From: Planctomycetales bacterium
GTDB lineage: Bacteria > 4484-113 > JAFGCY01
Length of the DNA stretch: 32,000 nt
NCBI GenBank assembly: GCA_022646745.1
Contig: CP060262.1
Coordinates: forward strand, 1,320,001 to 1,352,000
Direction: 5' to 3'
A model generated the notes under the pieces. That model was given only the letters and a program-made list of their open reading frames with translations. It ran no database searches and was not told the origin of the DNA. The position numbers and the translations under genes were made by a program. Shown here one piece after another: positions 15,718 to 24,739 of this stretch (position 1 is the stretch's first letter; every line of letters starts with the position of its first letter).

Positions 15718-17292
15718 TTACTCCCACTCGATCGTGCCCGGGGGCTTGGATGTGATGTCCATGCAGACGCGGTTGATGCCCGGCACCTCGCCGATCACGC
15801 GTGAGGCGATCTTCTCGAGGTTCTTGTACGGGATCTTCGACCAGTCCGCCGTCATCGCGTCCTCGGAGCTGACCGCGCGCACCACCAGCGGGTAGCCATA
15901 AGTGCGCTTGTCGCCCATCACGCCCACGCTCTTGATGGCGGGCAGCACCGCGAAGTACTGCCAGGGCCGCTCCATCTCCGCCATCTCGATCTCATCGCGT
16001 ACGATGCGGTCCGCCTGGCGCAGGATCTTCAGCCGTTCCGCCGTCACCTCGCCGATGATGCGGATCGCGAGCCCCGGCCCGGGGAAGGGCTGGCGGTAGA
16101 CCATCGGGCGCGGCAGCTCAAGCTCGATGCCGAGCCGGCGCACCTCATCCTTGAACAGGTCGCGCAGCGGTTCGACGAGCGCCAGCTTCATGCGCTTCGG
16201 CAGCCCGCCGACGTTATGGTGGCTCTTGATCACATGCGCATGCATGCCGATCCCGCTCGATTCAATCACGTCCGGGTAGAGCGTGCCCTGCGCGAGGTAC
16301 TTGGCCCCGCGCACCTTGCGGCTCTCCTCCTCGAACACCTTGATGAACTCGCGGCCGATGATCTTGCGCTTGCGCTCCGGGTCGGTCACGCCCTTCAGTT
16401 CATCGAGGAAGCGCTTGCCGGCGCGCACGCGAACCAGCCGGCTCTTGAAATGCCCCTTCCAGGCCTCCACCACCTTGTCGCCCTCATCCATCCTGAGGAA
16501 GCCGTGGTCCACGAAGATCGGGTGCAGGCGGTGCCCGATCGCGCGGTCGATGATCGCGGCCGTGCACAAACTGTCAACACCGCCGCTGACCGCGCAGATC
16601 ACCTCGCCATCCTCGCCGACCTGCTCACGGATGCTTTCGATCGACTGCTCGATGAAGTTGCCCATCGTCCAGTCGCCGGTCGCCTGGCAGACGCCCATCA
16701 CGAAGTTGCGCAGCAGGTCGATGCCCCAGGGCGTATGGCTCACCTCGGGGTGGAACTGCACGGCGTACATGTTCTTCTTCGGGTATTCAAAGGCCGCCAC
16801 CTTGGTGGCGTCCGTATGCGCAGTGATCCTTGCCCCGCGCGGCGCCGTCACCAGCGCGTCGCCATGGCTCATCCAGCAGATCAGGTTCGGGTTCAGCCCG
16901 CGGAACAGCACCGAGTCATCCTGGTTGTCCACCCACAGCTCGGTGCGCCCGAACTCGCTGCGCTTCGCCGCCTCCAGCCTGCCGCCGTGCATGCTGCCGA
17001 GCAGCTGCAGGCCGTAGCAGATGCCAAGGATAGGGATTTCGAGGGCGAGCAGCTTCTTGTCGATCTGCGGGGAGCCGTACTTGTGGGCGGAGTTCGGGCC
17101 GCCGGAGAGGATCAGGCCGATCACGTTCCCGCGGCGCTTCACCTCGGCTGCCGTCAGCTTGTTGTCCACAACCTCTGAATGGACATTGAGTTCTCGGATG
17201 CGGCGCGCGATCAGCTGTGTGTACTGGGAGCCCAGGTCAATGATGAGGATGCTTTGAAAGCGGCCTGAAACGGCCTCTGGTGCGCTTGCCAT
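15718..17292 (-). CDS. guaA: GMP synthase (glutamine-hydrolysing)
   Basis: Full-length 524 aa. The GATase-1 part has GICYGLQ and the HPEV catalytic-triad region. The ATP-PPase P-loop is SGGVDS. The C-terminal dimerisation domain ends in the canonical ...KPPGTIEWE. Confidence 0.97.
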   Translation of the reverse strand: MASAPEAVSGRFQSILIIDLGSQYTQLIARRIRELNVHSEVVDNKLTAAEVKRRGNVIGLILSGGPNSAHKYGSPQIDKKLLALEIPILGICYGLQLLGSMHGGRLEAAKRSEFGRTELWVDNQDDSVLFRGLNPNLICWMSHGDALVTAPRGARITAHTDATKVAAFEYPKKNMYAVQFHPEVSHTPWGIDLLRNFVMGVCQATGDWTMGNFIEQSIESIREQVGEDGEVICAVSGGVDSLCTAAIIDRAIGHRLHPIFVDHGFLRMDEGDKVVEAWKGHFKSRLVRVRAGKRFLDELKGVTDPERKRKIIGREFIKVFEEESRKVRGAKYLAQGTLYPDVIESSGIGMHAHVIKSHHNVGGLPKRMKLALVEPLRDLFKDEVRRLGIELELPRPMVYRQPFPGPGLAIRIIGEVTAERLKILRQADRIVRDEIEMAEMERPWQYFAVLPAIKSVGVMGDKRTYGYPLVVRAVSSEDAMTADWSKIPYKNLEKIASRVIGEVPGINRVCMDITSKPPGTIEWE

Positions 17293-17297
17293 GCGGG

Positions 17298-17306
17298 ATT
17301 ATATCA
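17298..17306 (-). promoter_or_regulatory. extended -10 (TGATATAAT) 5 nt upstream of the guaA ATG (leaderless-type)
   Basis: The minus strand reads ...gcgTGaTATAATcccgcATG. There is no SD between the -10 and the start codon. Confidence 0.4.
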
Positions 17307-17376
17307 CGCAAAATCCGGGCTTCATCCTGAAGCTGCACTGCAAAGATGCTGATTGCCCGCGACTTGCGCGGCCTGC

Positions 17377-19113
17377 TCAGTGCAGGGTGTCCACCGTCAT
17401 CAGCAGGCGGTTGCCGCTCACGTACAGCATGTGCCGCGTGGGCCCGAGGTCCAGAAGCGGGCAGTGGATGTCCAGCAGGTCATAGCAGCTGATCTGCTCC
17501 GGCTTGCTCCAGCTGGTGGTGCCGCCATCCGCGCCGTGCACCAGCACGTTGCGGTGGAAGCGCCACTGCTGGATGGCAACCTGCGGCACTCCCTCATACA
17601 CGTACATGCCCTGCGGCCGCGCCCCGCCATCCACCCCGAGGAAGGTCTGGCTGATGGACTGCGGCACGGACCAGGTCTCTCCGGCGCTGCTTGTCGCGGC
17701 GGAGTACAGCGTGTTGTCACCGCCGCTGCCATCGTATGTGACCGCCGGCAGTCCGTTGTACTCGACCAGGTACTGCTGCGTACCCTGGCCCATCGCGCCA
17801 TCCACCAGGTTGGCAAAGTTCCACTCGCTGCCGCTCGAATCCTTCGCGCGCACGTAGTACAGCTTGTCACCCTCGAAGTTGCGGATCAGCGTCGCCGGGT
17901 TGCCGTCGATGATCGCCAGCGGGGTCATTGCATCCGCGTTGCCATTCGCGCCGACCGACGCCAGTGAGATCGGCTCCGGCCAGGCCATGCCCTCCGGGTC
18001 ACTGGCGCGCACATAGTTCGCGCTGCGGAAGCCGCCGATGAAGCTGATCTCCAGCCCGAACAGGATCGCCGGGTTGCCGTTGACAACCTTCAGCACCGGG
18101 TCATGCCCGCTGTCCTCCAGCGCGTCGACGATCTCCGTGTCATCCCACACACTGCCGTTCTGGTCCATGCTGCGGATGTACTTCAGCTTGCCGGTGCCAT
18201 GCCCCTCGCCATCCTGCTGCGGGTCCTGGAAGGCGACCGCCGGCTTGCCGTTCACCTCGGCCATCGACACCCCGCCAACGTCATCGATGGAGGTCAGCAC
18301 CACCGGAAAGCCCCACTGGCTGCCAAGTACATTCAGGCTGCGGGAGTACTTCATGTCGAACTTGCCCGGCACATCCCCCGGCTCCAGATAGACCACGGCC
18401 GGATTGCCATTCACCAGCGCCGCGTCATAGCTGTGCTTCGCCTGCGGCGGGTCAGCCGTGAACTGGTACACATCGGACGCTTTCCAGGGCACGCCCAGCC
18501 CGACGCTGCCCAGCCCGGCCTCGTCATCCCCGAGGTACAGCACCAGCATGTAGGCCTGGCCAGCCGGCCCGGCATACTGCTCGAGTCCCGGCAGCTCCAC
18601 GAATTCAGGCTGCTGCGGCCGGTACCAGTCCCAGCGGTTCGTGTCGAAGTTGCCCAGTCCCACGAACAGCAGGTCCTGCCGTTGCGGCACCTTGTGCCAG
18701 CCCATGCTGGCGCAGGGCAGCTGCGGCAGTTCGCTCATGTCAAGCAGGAAGGTGGCATATGCCATGTCGCCGCCCTGCCGGGTATTGAACCAGTCACTGT
18801 TCATCCTGAGGAAGTGGTTCAGCTCATCGATGCTGACATTGCGGTTCGGCAGCTCGGTGTCGTAGTCGTCAAAGTAGGCCGGTGCTTCCCGGTGGCTGGA
18901 GCTGGCCAGCCTGGTGCCATTGCTCCGCGCTGCCAGTTCCAGCGGGGCGGGCAGTTCCAGTCCGTTTGCTGCCGACAGGCCAGTGTCATCCGGCAGCGAA
19001 GCGCCAGCCTGCTGCGGCATCGCATCGACGGGAGGTGCATCTGTGCCCTGTCCGGCGCAGGCGCAGGACAGGATGGCAATCAGCAGGCAGGCCAGGTGGT
19101 TGTGCAGGCGCAT
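17377..19113 (-). CDS. PL4: propeller lipoprotein
   Basis: GGAG lies 7 nt upstream of ATG 19113. Signal MRLHNHLACLLIAILS|C. N-domain FVGLGNFDTNRWDW. Blades VNGNPAVVY, EVNGKPAVAF, VVNGNPAILF, IIDGNPATLI, EYNGLPAVTY, YEGVPQVAI. Turns SMDQNGSVWDD, ASDPEGMAWPE, AKDSSGSEWNF, SSAGETWSV, GADGGTTSWSK. Confidence 0.88.
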   Translation of the reverse strand: MRLHNHLACLLIAILSCACAGQGTDAPPVDAMPQQAGASLPDDTGLSAANGLELPAPLELAARSNGTRLASSSHREAPAYFDDYDTELPNRNVSIDELNHFLRMNSDWFNTRQGGDMAYATFLLDMSELPQLPCASMGWHKVPQRQDLLFVGLGNFDTNRWDWYRPQQPEFVELPGLEQYAGPAGQAYMLVLYLGDDEAGLGSVGLGVPWKASDVYQFTADPPQAKHSYDAALVNGNPAVVYLEPGDVPGKFDMKYSRSLNVLGSQWGFPVVLTSIDDVGGVSMAEVNGKPAVAFQDPQQDGEGHGTGKLKYIRSMDQNGSVWDDTEIVDALEDSGHDPVLKVVNGNPAILFGLEISFIGGFRSANYVRASDPEGMAWPEPISLASVGANGNADAMTPLAIIDGNPATLIRNFEGDKLYYVRAKDSSGSEWNFANLVDGAMGQGTQQYLVEYNGLPAVTYDGSGGDNTLYSAATSSAGETWSVPQSISQTFLGVDGGARPQGMYVYEGVPQVAIQQWRFHRNVLVHGADGGTTSWSKPEQISCYDLLDIHCPLLDLGPTRHMLYVSGNRLLMTVDTLH

Positions 19114-19207
19114 GGGGGGGCTCCGGTTGGTGTTCGCGGTTTGCTTCCCGGGATTCTATGGCAGGTCGGCCCGCCGCGTCACCCCCGCCGGGGTCCCGGG
19201 TGCTCCG

Positions 19208-19225
19208 TTTAACCGGAATTTGGGA
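19208..19225 (-). promoter_or_regulatory. conserved upstream motif TCCCAAAT-Y-CCGGTTAAA (PL4 copy)
   Basis: tttaaccggaatttggga at 19208-19225 and tttaaccgggatttggga at 21062-21079 are 17/18 identical. Each lies about 90-115 nt upstream of its start codon (19113 and 20971). Confidence 0.45.
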
Positions 19226-19237
19226 AATGCGCGCAGC

Positions 19238-20971
19238 TTACTCCAGCTGGCTGAAGATCAGCTGGCCTCCGCTGACATACAGGAAGGAAGGCACGCCGCC
19301 CAGCTCCAGCATGTCACTCTGGCCACTGAATTCCTGCGTGTTGCAGACATGCTCCGGCGCGCCCCAGCTCGTGCCGCCGGCGTCGTCCGAGCGCACGAAT
19401 ACGAGGCGGTTGGCATTGTACTGGTCCACCAGCACCGCCGGCTTGCCGTCCAGCATCACCAGCCCGCGCGGCTGTGACCCGGGATCATCGACGAAGTCGC
19501 TCTGATAGACCAGCACCGGGTCGTTCCAGCTGCCGCCATCGGCATCCTGCGCCAGACGCCAGTAGGTGTTGTCCGTGTTGTCAGTGTCGTACACCATCGC
19601 CGGCAGGCCACCCACGTCCATCAGGTACAGGCTGAAGCCGGAGCGCTGGGGCACGAAGAACGGGGTGCCGGATCCCCAGGCGGTCCCGTTGGCATCGGTG
19701 GCACGGATGTAGCCGACGGTCTCCTGGTTCAGGCCGGACTGGTAGGCGATTGCCGGAAAACCGTCAATCACGGCCAGCGGTGAGTTGTAGATCCCGTAGC
19801 CGCCGCTCACCGGACCCTTCACCGTGACCGGGCTGTTCCAGCTGCTGCCGTCCGCGGCACTGGCCTGTACGTACATCAGGCCCTTGCTGAATCCGTCAAG
19901 GTCCTCATTCGCGTAGGAGACTGCCGGCATACCGTTGACAATCGTCATGTATGGTGAGATTCCGTGGTTGTCTCCCATGCCGTCGTCAATCGTCATGCTG
20001 CTGCCCCAGGCAGTGCCCTGCGGGTCAGCCGAGCGGACGAACCTGAGTGAACCGTGGGCCACGAAGCCGTCGCCGGGGTTCACATATTCGAATTCCTGCC
20101 AGGCTATCGCCGGATTTCCATCAACAATGGCCAGGGAGATGTACGGCATGAACTCAGCGGGTCCCAGCACGTCGATCGCCGCGCCCCAGGCATTGCCGGC
20201 GCTGTCCAGCGCACGGGCGAACTTGACCGTGAACATTTCCGCGGCGAAGTCCTCCGCAATCCAGGCGATGGCCGGCTTGCCATCCGCCAGCACCAGTTCA
20301 ATGTCCTGGTCCAGCTGGATCTCGTCGAACTCGCCGTAATCCACCACCGGGCTTGTGCTCCACTCGCTGCCGACGCTCACGCTGCCGAGCTGCAGGGTGT
20401 TCGGGCCGCTCTGCAGCACCAGAACAAGCATCCGGCTGGCGGCATCAGTGTACGGATCAAGGGAGGAAAGCTCGGCAACCTTGGCGGAATTGAACCATTC
20501 CCAGCGATTGCTGTCAAAGTTGGCAACTGCGAAATAGGCCATGCCCTCATACGGACCGGCGACCCAGTCCACCCGCACCCGCGGCAGCGGGCTGAGCCCG
20601 GACAGGTCGAAGCTGAACATCGCGAAACCGAGGTCGGCCGGGTCATGGCTGCTTGACCAGCCCCCGGGGATGTACAGCGTGTCCTCGCCGAACAGGCTGA
20701 ATACACCCTGGCTGGGCAGGCTGGCGTCATAGTCCCTGCCGAGGAGCAGGGCGAAGTCACCGGCCGCACTGGACTGTCGTGATGGTCCGGCGCCAGCGGG
20801 CAGCGCCAACGGGTCCGGCAGGCCAGGTATGAACTGCGGGGCTCCAGGGCTGTCATCAGCCTGCAGATTGACCACCGCATCAGGCATAGGCTGTGGGGAC
20901 TGCTGGCCTCCACAGGCACTGAGCGCGATCATCGAAATCAGCAAGGGAAGAATCCTGGCAATCCTGGGCAT
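19238..20971 (-). CDS. PL5: propeller lipoprotein (7 recognisable blades)
   Basis: GGAGAG lies 4 nt upstream of ATG 20971. Classic lipobox MPRIARILPLLISMIALSA|C. N-domain YFAVANFDSNRWEW. G-x-P-A strands occur at aa 231, 285, 347, 404, 455, 509 and 559, spaced 50-62 aa apart. Turns SADPQGTAWGS, SAADGSSWNS, ATDANGTAWGS, AQDADGGSWND, SDDAGGTSWGA. Confidence 0.9.
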   Translation of the reverse strand: MPRIARILPLLISMIALSACGGQQSPQPMPDAVVNLQADDSPGAPQFIPGLPDPLALPAGAGPSRQSSAAGDFALLLGRDYDASLPSQGVFSLFGEDTLYIPGGWSSSHDPADLGFAMFSFDLSGLSPLPRVRVDWVAGPYEGMAYFAVANFDSNRWEWFNSAKVAELSSLDPYTDAASRMLVLVLQSGPNTLQLGSVSVGSEWSTSPVVDYGEFDEIQLDQDIELVLADGKPAIAWIAEDFAAEMFTVKFARALDSAGNAWGAAIDVLGPAEFMPYISLAIVDGNPAIAWQEFEYVNPGDGFVAHGSLRFVRSADPQGTAWGSSMTIDDGMGDNHGISPYMTIVNGMPAVSYANEDLDGFSKGLMYVQASAADGSSWNSPVTVKGPVSGGYGIYNSPLAVIDGFPAIAYQSGLNQETVGYIRATDANGTAWGSGTPFFVPQRSGFSLYLMDVGGLPAMVYDTDNTDNTYWRLAQDADGGSWNDPVLVYQSDFVDDPGSQPRGLVMLDGKPAVLVDQYNANRLVFVRSDDAGGTSWGAPEHVCNTQEFSGQSDMLELGGVPSFLYVSGGQLIFSQLE

Positions 20972-21061
20972 GCAACTCTCCGGTCAGAACATCTTTCTGT
21001 CGGGAGAATGTTAGGCCAGGGCTGGCTCGCCGGTCCTGTCCAGTGCTCAATTGAGAATCAA

Positions 21062-21079
21062 TTTAACCGGGATTTGGGA
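21062..21079 (-). promoter_or_regulatory. conserved upstream motif TCCCAAAT-Y-CCGGTTAAA (PL5 copy), in the divergent spacer with the Ig-like lipoprotein gene
   Basis: See 19208-19225. Confidence 0.45.
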
Positions 21080-21170
21080 TTAGCTGTTTAGCGCCTGGGG
21101 GCTGCGGGTAACAAACATGGTTGCCGCAGGAGGCAACCCCCAAACAGTAATCTCCATCAAGGATGTGTGT

Positions 21171-21707
21171 ATGTACAGGAATGTACTGATGATGATTTCC
21201 CTTGTGATCGTGCTGTTTGCCGCTTCCTGCGGGGGCGGCGGGTTCACGGTCGGCGATCCCGGTGGCGGCGGCACTCCCGCTGACAACACAGCCCCCGAGG
21301 TCGTGATCAGCGGCATCAGCGAAGGCAGTGCCTACGGCGAGCAGCAGCCCGGCGTCAACTTCCTCAATGTGAAGGGTGTGGCGGCTGACACCGGCGGTGT
21401 CGCCAACATGGCGATGCGCATCAACGGCACGCTGGTCGCTGCCAGCAATGACAGCGAGCTCAGCTTCGGCTGGGACGTGACCGGCTATGATGACGGTGCC
21501 TACGAGGTGGCGGTGCAGGCCAGCGATGCCAGCGGCAACGTGGCTGAGGAGGTCGTCAACGTGATTGTTGACAACGACCTGATCTTCATCCCGCCGGGCA
21601 GCTTCTGGCCTGAGCTGGACCTCGACTTCGGCATCGAGGACCCGATCCCCGACCCGGATCCGGGCCCGTGGGTGCCGGACCTCGACATCATCTTCCCCGG
21701 CCTGTAA
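21171..21707 (+). CDS. small lipoprotein with bacterial Ig-like domain
   Basis: AAGGA lies 7 nt upstream of ATG 21171; the track start at 21117 adds 18 aa. Signal MYRNVLMMISLVIVLFAAS|C followed by a Gly-rich linker. DNTAPEVVISGI...VKGVAADTGGVANMAMRINGT...WDVTGYDDGAYEVAVQASDASGNVAEEVVNVIVDN is a typical Big/cadherin-like Ig pattern. Confidence 0.8.
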   Translation: MYRNVLMMISLVIVLFAASCGGGGFTVGDPGGGGTPADNTAPEVVISGISEGSAYGEQQPGVNFLNVKGVAADTGGVANMAMRINGTLVAASNDSELSFGWDVTGYDDGAYEVAVQASDASGNVAEEVVNVIVDNDLIFIPPGSFWPELDLDFGIEDPIPDPDPGPWVPDLDIIFPGL

Positions 21708-21771
21708 GCCGGACCCCACCGGATAAGCGGCCTGTGCGGGATGCACGCGCCGCCCCGGAAACCTTGAAAAG

Positions 21772-21797
21772 AAAGCCTGCTCCACGGAGCAGGCTTT
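21772..21797. terminator. bidirectional intrinsic terminator between convergent genes
   Basis: aaagcctgctc-cacg-gagcaggcttt is a perfect 11-bp stem. It is flanked by gaaaag on the left and tttaccttt on the right, which gives T-runs in both orientations. It overlaps the TAA (21796-21798) of the cohesin-like gene. Confidence 0.55.
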
Positions 21798-23022
21798 ACC
21801 TTTCCTCTGGGCTCCGCCTGTTCCCATGCTGCATGTCCGAACTCCATACGGGCCGCTGGACCGGCAGGGGCAGGACATTGTCACCGCTGGCATCCAGTAC
21901 GTAGCGCGATCCCGCTTCCATCAACATTGTCAACCTGCAGTCCGCAGGGTCCCTGATATCCTGCCTGGCACTGAACCTGAGCTGGGCAATCCGCCCCTCG
22001 CCCGCCGGTTCCGCCTGCGGGGAGCGGCTGTCGATTGCCAGCAGCACCCGCCCGTATTCCTTGTCCGGCTGGGCGAAGTAGATGCGGGCATCAGCACAGT
22101 CATCGAAGAAGCCACCGAGCTGCGCATCCCGGAAGCTGAGCTTCGTCCTGTCAAACTCAATCACGAACAGCCCCTTGCCGAAAGCCGGCAGCCCTGTGGC
22201 ATCCAGCTCGACGTAGAGATCCCCGTCCTCACGCAGCGTTTCAGGCAGCTCAGTGACAAGTTCTACCAGCGGATCCGGCTCCCGCACCACGACTTCCATC
22301 TCCAGGAAATCCGTCAGAGCCTCGCCATCCGCCAGGGCCCGGACCCTGATGCGCGCCGGCCCCGGCCTGTCCGGTGTCCACCTCAGCTGCGGTTCAGTTG
22401 TAGTGACCCTTGTTGCTTCATCAATTCCGGCATCTGGCAACAGTGTGTCATTGGCAGGCTGGATAAGTGGCTCAACTAGCGCCTGCCTGCCGGAGAATGC
22501 CACTGTCACAGCGGGATCCGCTGGCTCATCATCCGGCGTTCCGGCCAGTGACGCCAGTGCCGATTCCAGCCCGCTTCCCACCGTACCGAGTGCTTCAGCA
22601 AGCGTATCCGTCCCCGGACCGGCGCTATCTGGGCCGGCCTCTGCCGCTGCCTGATCCACGGGCAAGGGACTGACCTGGTCCGCTGCGGAGCTGGCACCGC
22701 TGTCAAGCTGCCATTCATATTCAAGCTCCCGGTCTGAGGGGTTGTCATCCTCGAGCAGGATAAGGTAGCTTTCTCCGGGGTGCACATCACCGGTTTCCAT
22801 GTACAGCCGCCCAAGCCTGACAACAGCCTGCGCTTCCACAGGCTCACTTTCCGCTGATGCTTCCTCCCCCTCGCTGTCCCCACCCGTCGGGGTGCGGTAC
22901 TGCTCCTCTCTTCCGGCAGTATCCGCCGCATCGGCTCCGGCCGGAGTGCCGCTGCTGGTGCAGGCGCCGAAGAGCACAGAGCTGAGCATGATGCCAAGAG
23001 CTGCGAACCTGAGAACTCCCAC
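21796..23022 (-). CDS. lipoprotein with acidic linker and C-terminal cohesin-like module
   Basis: GGGAGGA lies 6 nt upstream of GTG 23022. Signal (M)GVLRFAALGIMLSSVLFGA|C. Acidic low-complexity region (DSEGEEASAESEPVE). The cohesin-like segment is at aa 252-385. Confidence 0.8.
   Translation of the reverse strand: MGVLRFAALGIMLSSVLFGACTSSGTPAGADAADTAGREEQYRTPTGGDSEGEEASAESEPVEAQAVVRLGRLYMETGDVHPGESYLILLEDDNPSDRELEYEWQLDSGASSAADQVSPLPVDQAAAEAGPDSAGPGTDTLAEALGTVGSGLESALASLAGTPDDEPADPAVTVAFSGRQALVEPLIQPANDTLLPDAGIDEATRVTTTEPQLRWTPDRPGPARIRVRALADGEALTDFLEMEVVVREPDPLVELVTELPETLREDGDLYVELDATGLPAFGKGLFVIEFDRTKLSFRDAQLGGFFDDCADARIYFAQPDKEYGRVLLAIDSRSPQAEPAGEGRIAQLRFSARQDIRDPADCRLTMLMEAGSRYVLDASGDNVLPLPVQRPVWSSDMQHGNRRSPEER
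21868..22269 (-). other. cohesin-like module
   Basis: LYVELDATGLPAFGKGLFVIEFDRTKLSFRDAQLGGFFDD...IYFAQPDKEYGRVLLAIDSRS...GEGRIAQLRFSAR follows the cohesin strand pattern. That pattern is (h-x-h-x-[YF]-D-x-x-x-h) ... (G-x-h-x-h-x-h) ... (G-x-h-A-x-h-x-F). Confidence 0.55.
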
Positions 23023-23234
23023 AGGCCGTCCTCCCCTGTCAATCCGTGATAGACAGCAATGACGCGGCCGGGACGGTCACGTTCAACGGAGTGTTAGTCT
23101 GAGGCCGACCCGGCCCAATTGCTCCCAGGAGCCACACAGCAACTCCAGCTGCTTCTCATTCTGCTTCTGCTTCTCATTCTGCCAAAGGCCTACTGATTTC
23201 TGCCCACTGACCACTGCCCACAGACTACTGATTG

Positions 23235-23251
23235 CCAGGCTTACAGCCTGG
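23235..23251 (-). terminator. short hairpin 7 nt after the stop of the 23259-24623 gene
   Basis: ccaggct-tac-agcctgg is a 7-bp stem with no U-tract. The next gene starts 212 nt further on. Confidence 0.3.
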
Positions 23252-23258
23252 CCTCCTC

Positions 23259-24623
23259 CTACGGCACCTGCACGAACTCGCAGACCGGCCCCAGCTCCTC
23301 GCCGAGGTACGGCCTGAGGTAGAGGTAGCTGCCGCTGGCCGGGGTGAAGGGAAGTTCGTACGAGAATGTCAGCGGCAGGGGTAAATCGAGATAGCCCATG
23401 CTCAGCAATGGAGTGTTGCTCTCCTCACCCCAGTAGCCATCAGGAAGCTGGGCCTCGCTGGCAGCGAAATACAGTCTGTAGCCCTCGAAACCGCCACCGA
23501 AGTGCAGGCCCAAAGGTGAGAGGTCGGCGATACTCACCTGGCTATCCTGATTGTAGTCAGCGTACTGCACCTCGCCCGTTGGATCGCTTTTGGATGAATC
23601 GCCCAGGTACCTGCCAATCATTGTCAAGTCAGTCGCATCAACGATGCCGTCCCGGTTGCCATCGCCAGCGAAGTACTGATGCCAGCTGAGCATGTTCGCT
23701 GTCTCACTGTACTGAAGTGCGGTGCTTTCGACCCTGACTGGCAGAAGCAGGCCGAAAGCCGACTCGTACAGTCCGCCACTGCGGGAGAAACAGGCCACGC
23801 GGTCCTTGGTATCCGGTCCGTCGTCCACATACACCCAGTAGCGGCTTGCCAACTCTCCCACTAATTCAAGTTCAAACTGCTTCTGGCCCCCCGGCCCGGT
23901 GCTCGCCATTTCCAGCGGGACCGCCCTGCTTGCCAACCCGGCATCGCTGCTGCCTGGGTAGCGCGTCATGCCGCCGGTGACCGTACAGCCCTCAAAGTCG
24001 CGCCCGAAATTCCGGGCAATGGCCACGATGTCCGACAGGTTGATCTCCCCGTCGAAGTTGCCATCCACCACATACTGCATTGACCCTGCCGGGAACCAGC
24101 CGTAGTCCAGCGCGACATTCCTGTCAGCCGATTCCCCGATGTGCTTGGAAAGGGGCACAAGATCAGCTGCATTCACGCTGCCATTCTGGTCATAGTCGCC
24201 ACCGAACAGGTACAGCCAACGCAGTGTCCGGGCCTGGTGATTGACCCGCAGGTGCAGGTCATCACCATAAAGTGGAATGCGCTTGCTGTAAGCGAAGGAT
24301 GCTGAGCGGGTCCCGTCAGCATCTGCTTCTTCCAGCAGCCTCGCCAGCTCCGCCTTCAGCTCCGCGAACACTTCCGCATCGACATCCGCAGGCGTTTCCA
24401 GCGCGGCGATCTCGCGCATCGCGGCGGTGAGGTCGATTGCCACAGTTCCCGATTCCGATACCTGCTGCACAATCTCAGCGGGGTCCGGCATCCTGCCGGA
24501 CTGAGCCAGATCAGTGGTATCGACACCACTGCCGCAGCCGCCTGCCAACATGCTTGCCAGAATGCATGCAGCACTTGCCATCAGTCCGGCAATCCTACAT
24601 TCACTACTCGTTCTCTTTTCCAT
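23259..24623 (-). CDS. Doc1: lipoprotein with two dockerin modules, each followed by an ~80-110-aa module
   Basis: GGGAGA lies upstream of ATG 24623; the track start at 24689 adds 22 aa. Signal MEKRTSSECRIAGLMASAACILASMLAGG|C. Dockerin A spans 24003-24200 (DYDQNGSVNAADLVPLSKHIG / DGNFDGEINLSDIVAIARNFG). Dockerin B spans 23496-23666 (DGNRDGIVDATDLTMIGRYLG / DYNQDSQVSIADLSPLGLHFG). Confidence 0.85.
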   Translation of the reverse strand: MEKRTSSECRIAGLMASAACILASMLAGGCGSGVDTTDLAQSGRMPDPAEIVQQVSESGTVAIDLTAAMREIAALETPADVDAEVFAELKAELARLLEEADADGTRSASFAYSKRIPLYGDDLHLRVNHQARTLRWLYLFGGDYDQNGSVNAADLVPLSKHIGESADRNVALDYGWFPAGSMQYVVDGNFDGEINLSDIVAIARNFGRDFEGCTVTGGMTRYPGSSDAGLASRAVPLEMASTGPGGQKQFELELVGELASRYWVYVDDGPDTKDRVACFSRSGGLYESAFGLLLPVRVESTALQYSETANMLSWHQYFAGDGNRDGIVDATDLTMIGRYLGDSSKSDPTGEVQYADYNQDSQVSIADLSPLGLHFGGGFEGYRLYFAASEAQLPDGYWGEESNTPLLSMGYLDLPLPLTFSYELPFTPASGSYLYLRPYLGEELGPVCEFVQVP

Positions 24624-24739
24624 GTCCGTCTCCCGTCTCGTCAGTCCTCGACATTCCAACTGGCTGGTCTGCTCTCTGCTCTCTGCCAACGCATTCTCCT
24701 TCTGCTTCTCATTCTGCCAACTGCCTACTGCCCACTCGC

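Noticed and set aside
16216-17178. 320-aa plus-strand ORF (plus 16283-17017) antisense to guaA
   Set aside because: It lies entirely inside the unambiguous guaA gene. Its Arg/Ala/His-rich composition is typical of antisense frames in high-GC DNA, and it has no start signals.
18103-19212. 369-aa plus-strand ORF antisense to PL4. Similar long shadows include 654-1208(-), 2765-3271(+), 4063-4542(+), 7551-8105(+), 12686-13222(+), 14798-15490(-), 17353-17967(+), 18882-19505(+), 20054-20656(+), 21826-22479(+), 24884-25888(+), 26831-27742(+) and 30023-30892(+)
   Set aside because: All overlap genes that have strong SD sites, signal peptides and recognisable repeats or domains. Their translations are low-complexity (R/A/G/P/H-rich) with no motifs. 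These are high-GC stop-codon-poor antisense frames.
21063-21893. 276-aa minus-strand ORF covering the Ig-like lipoprotein gene and the convergent terminator
   Set aside because: The plus-strand gene (21171-21707) has an SD, a lipobox and an Ig-domain pattern. The minus ORF runs through the terminator hairpin and has junk-like composition.
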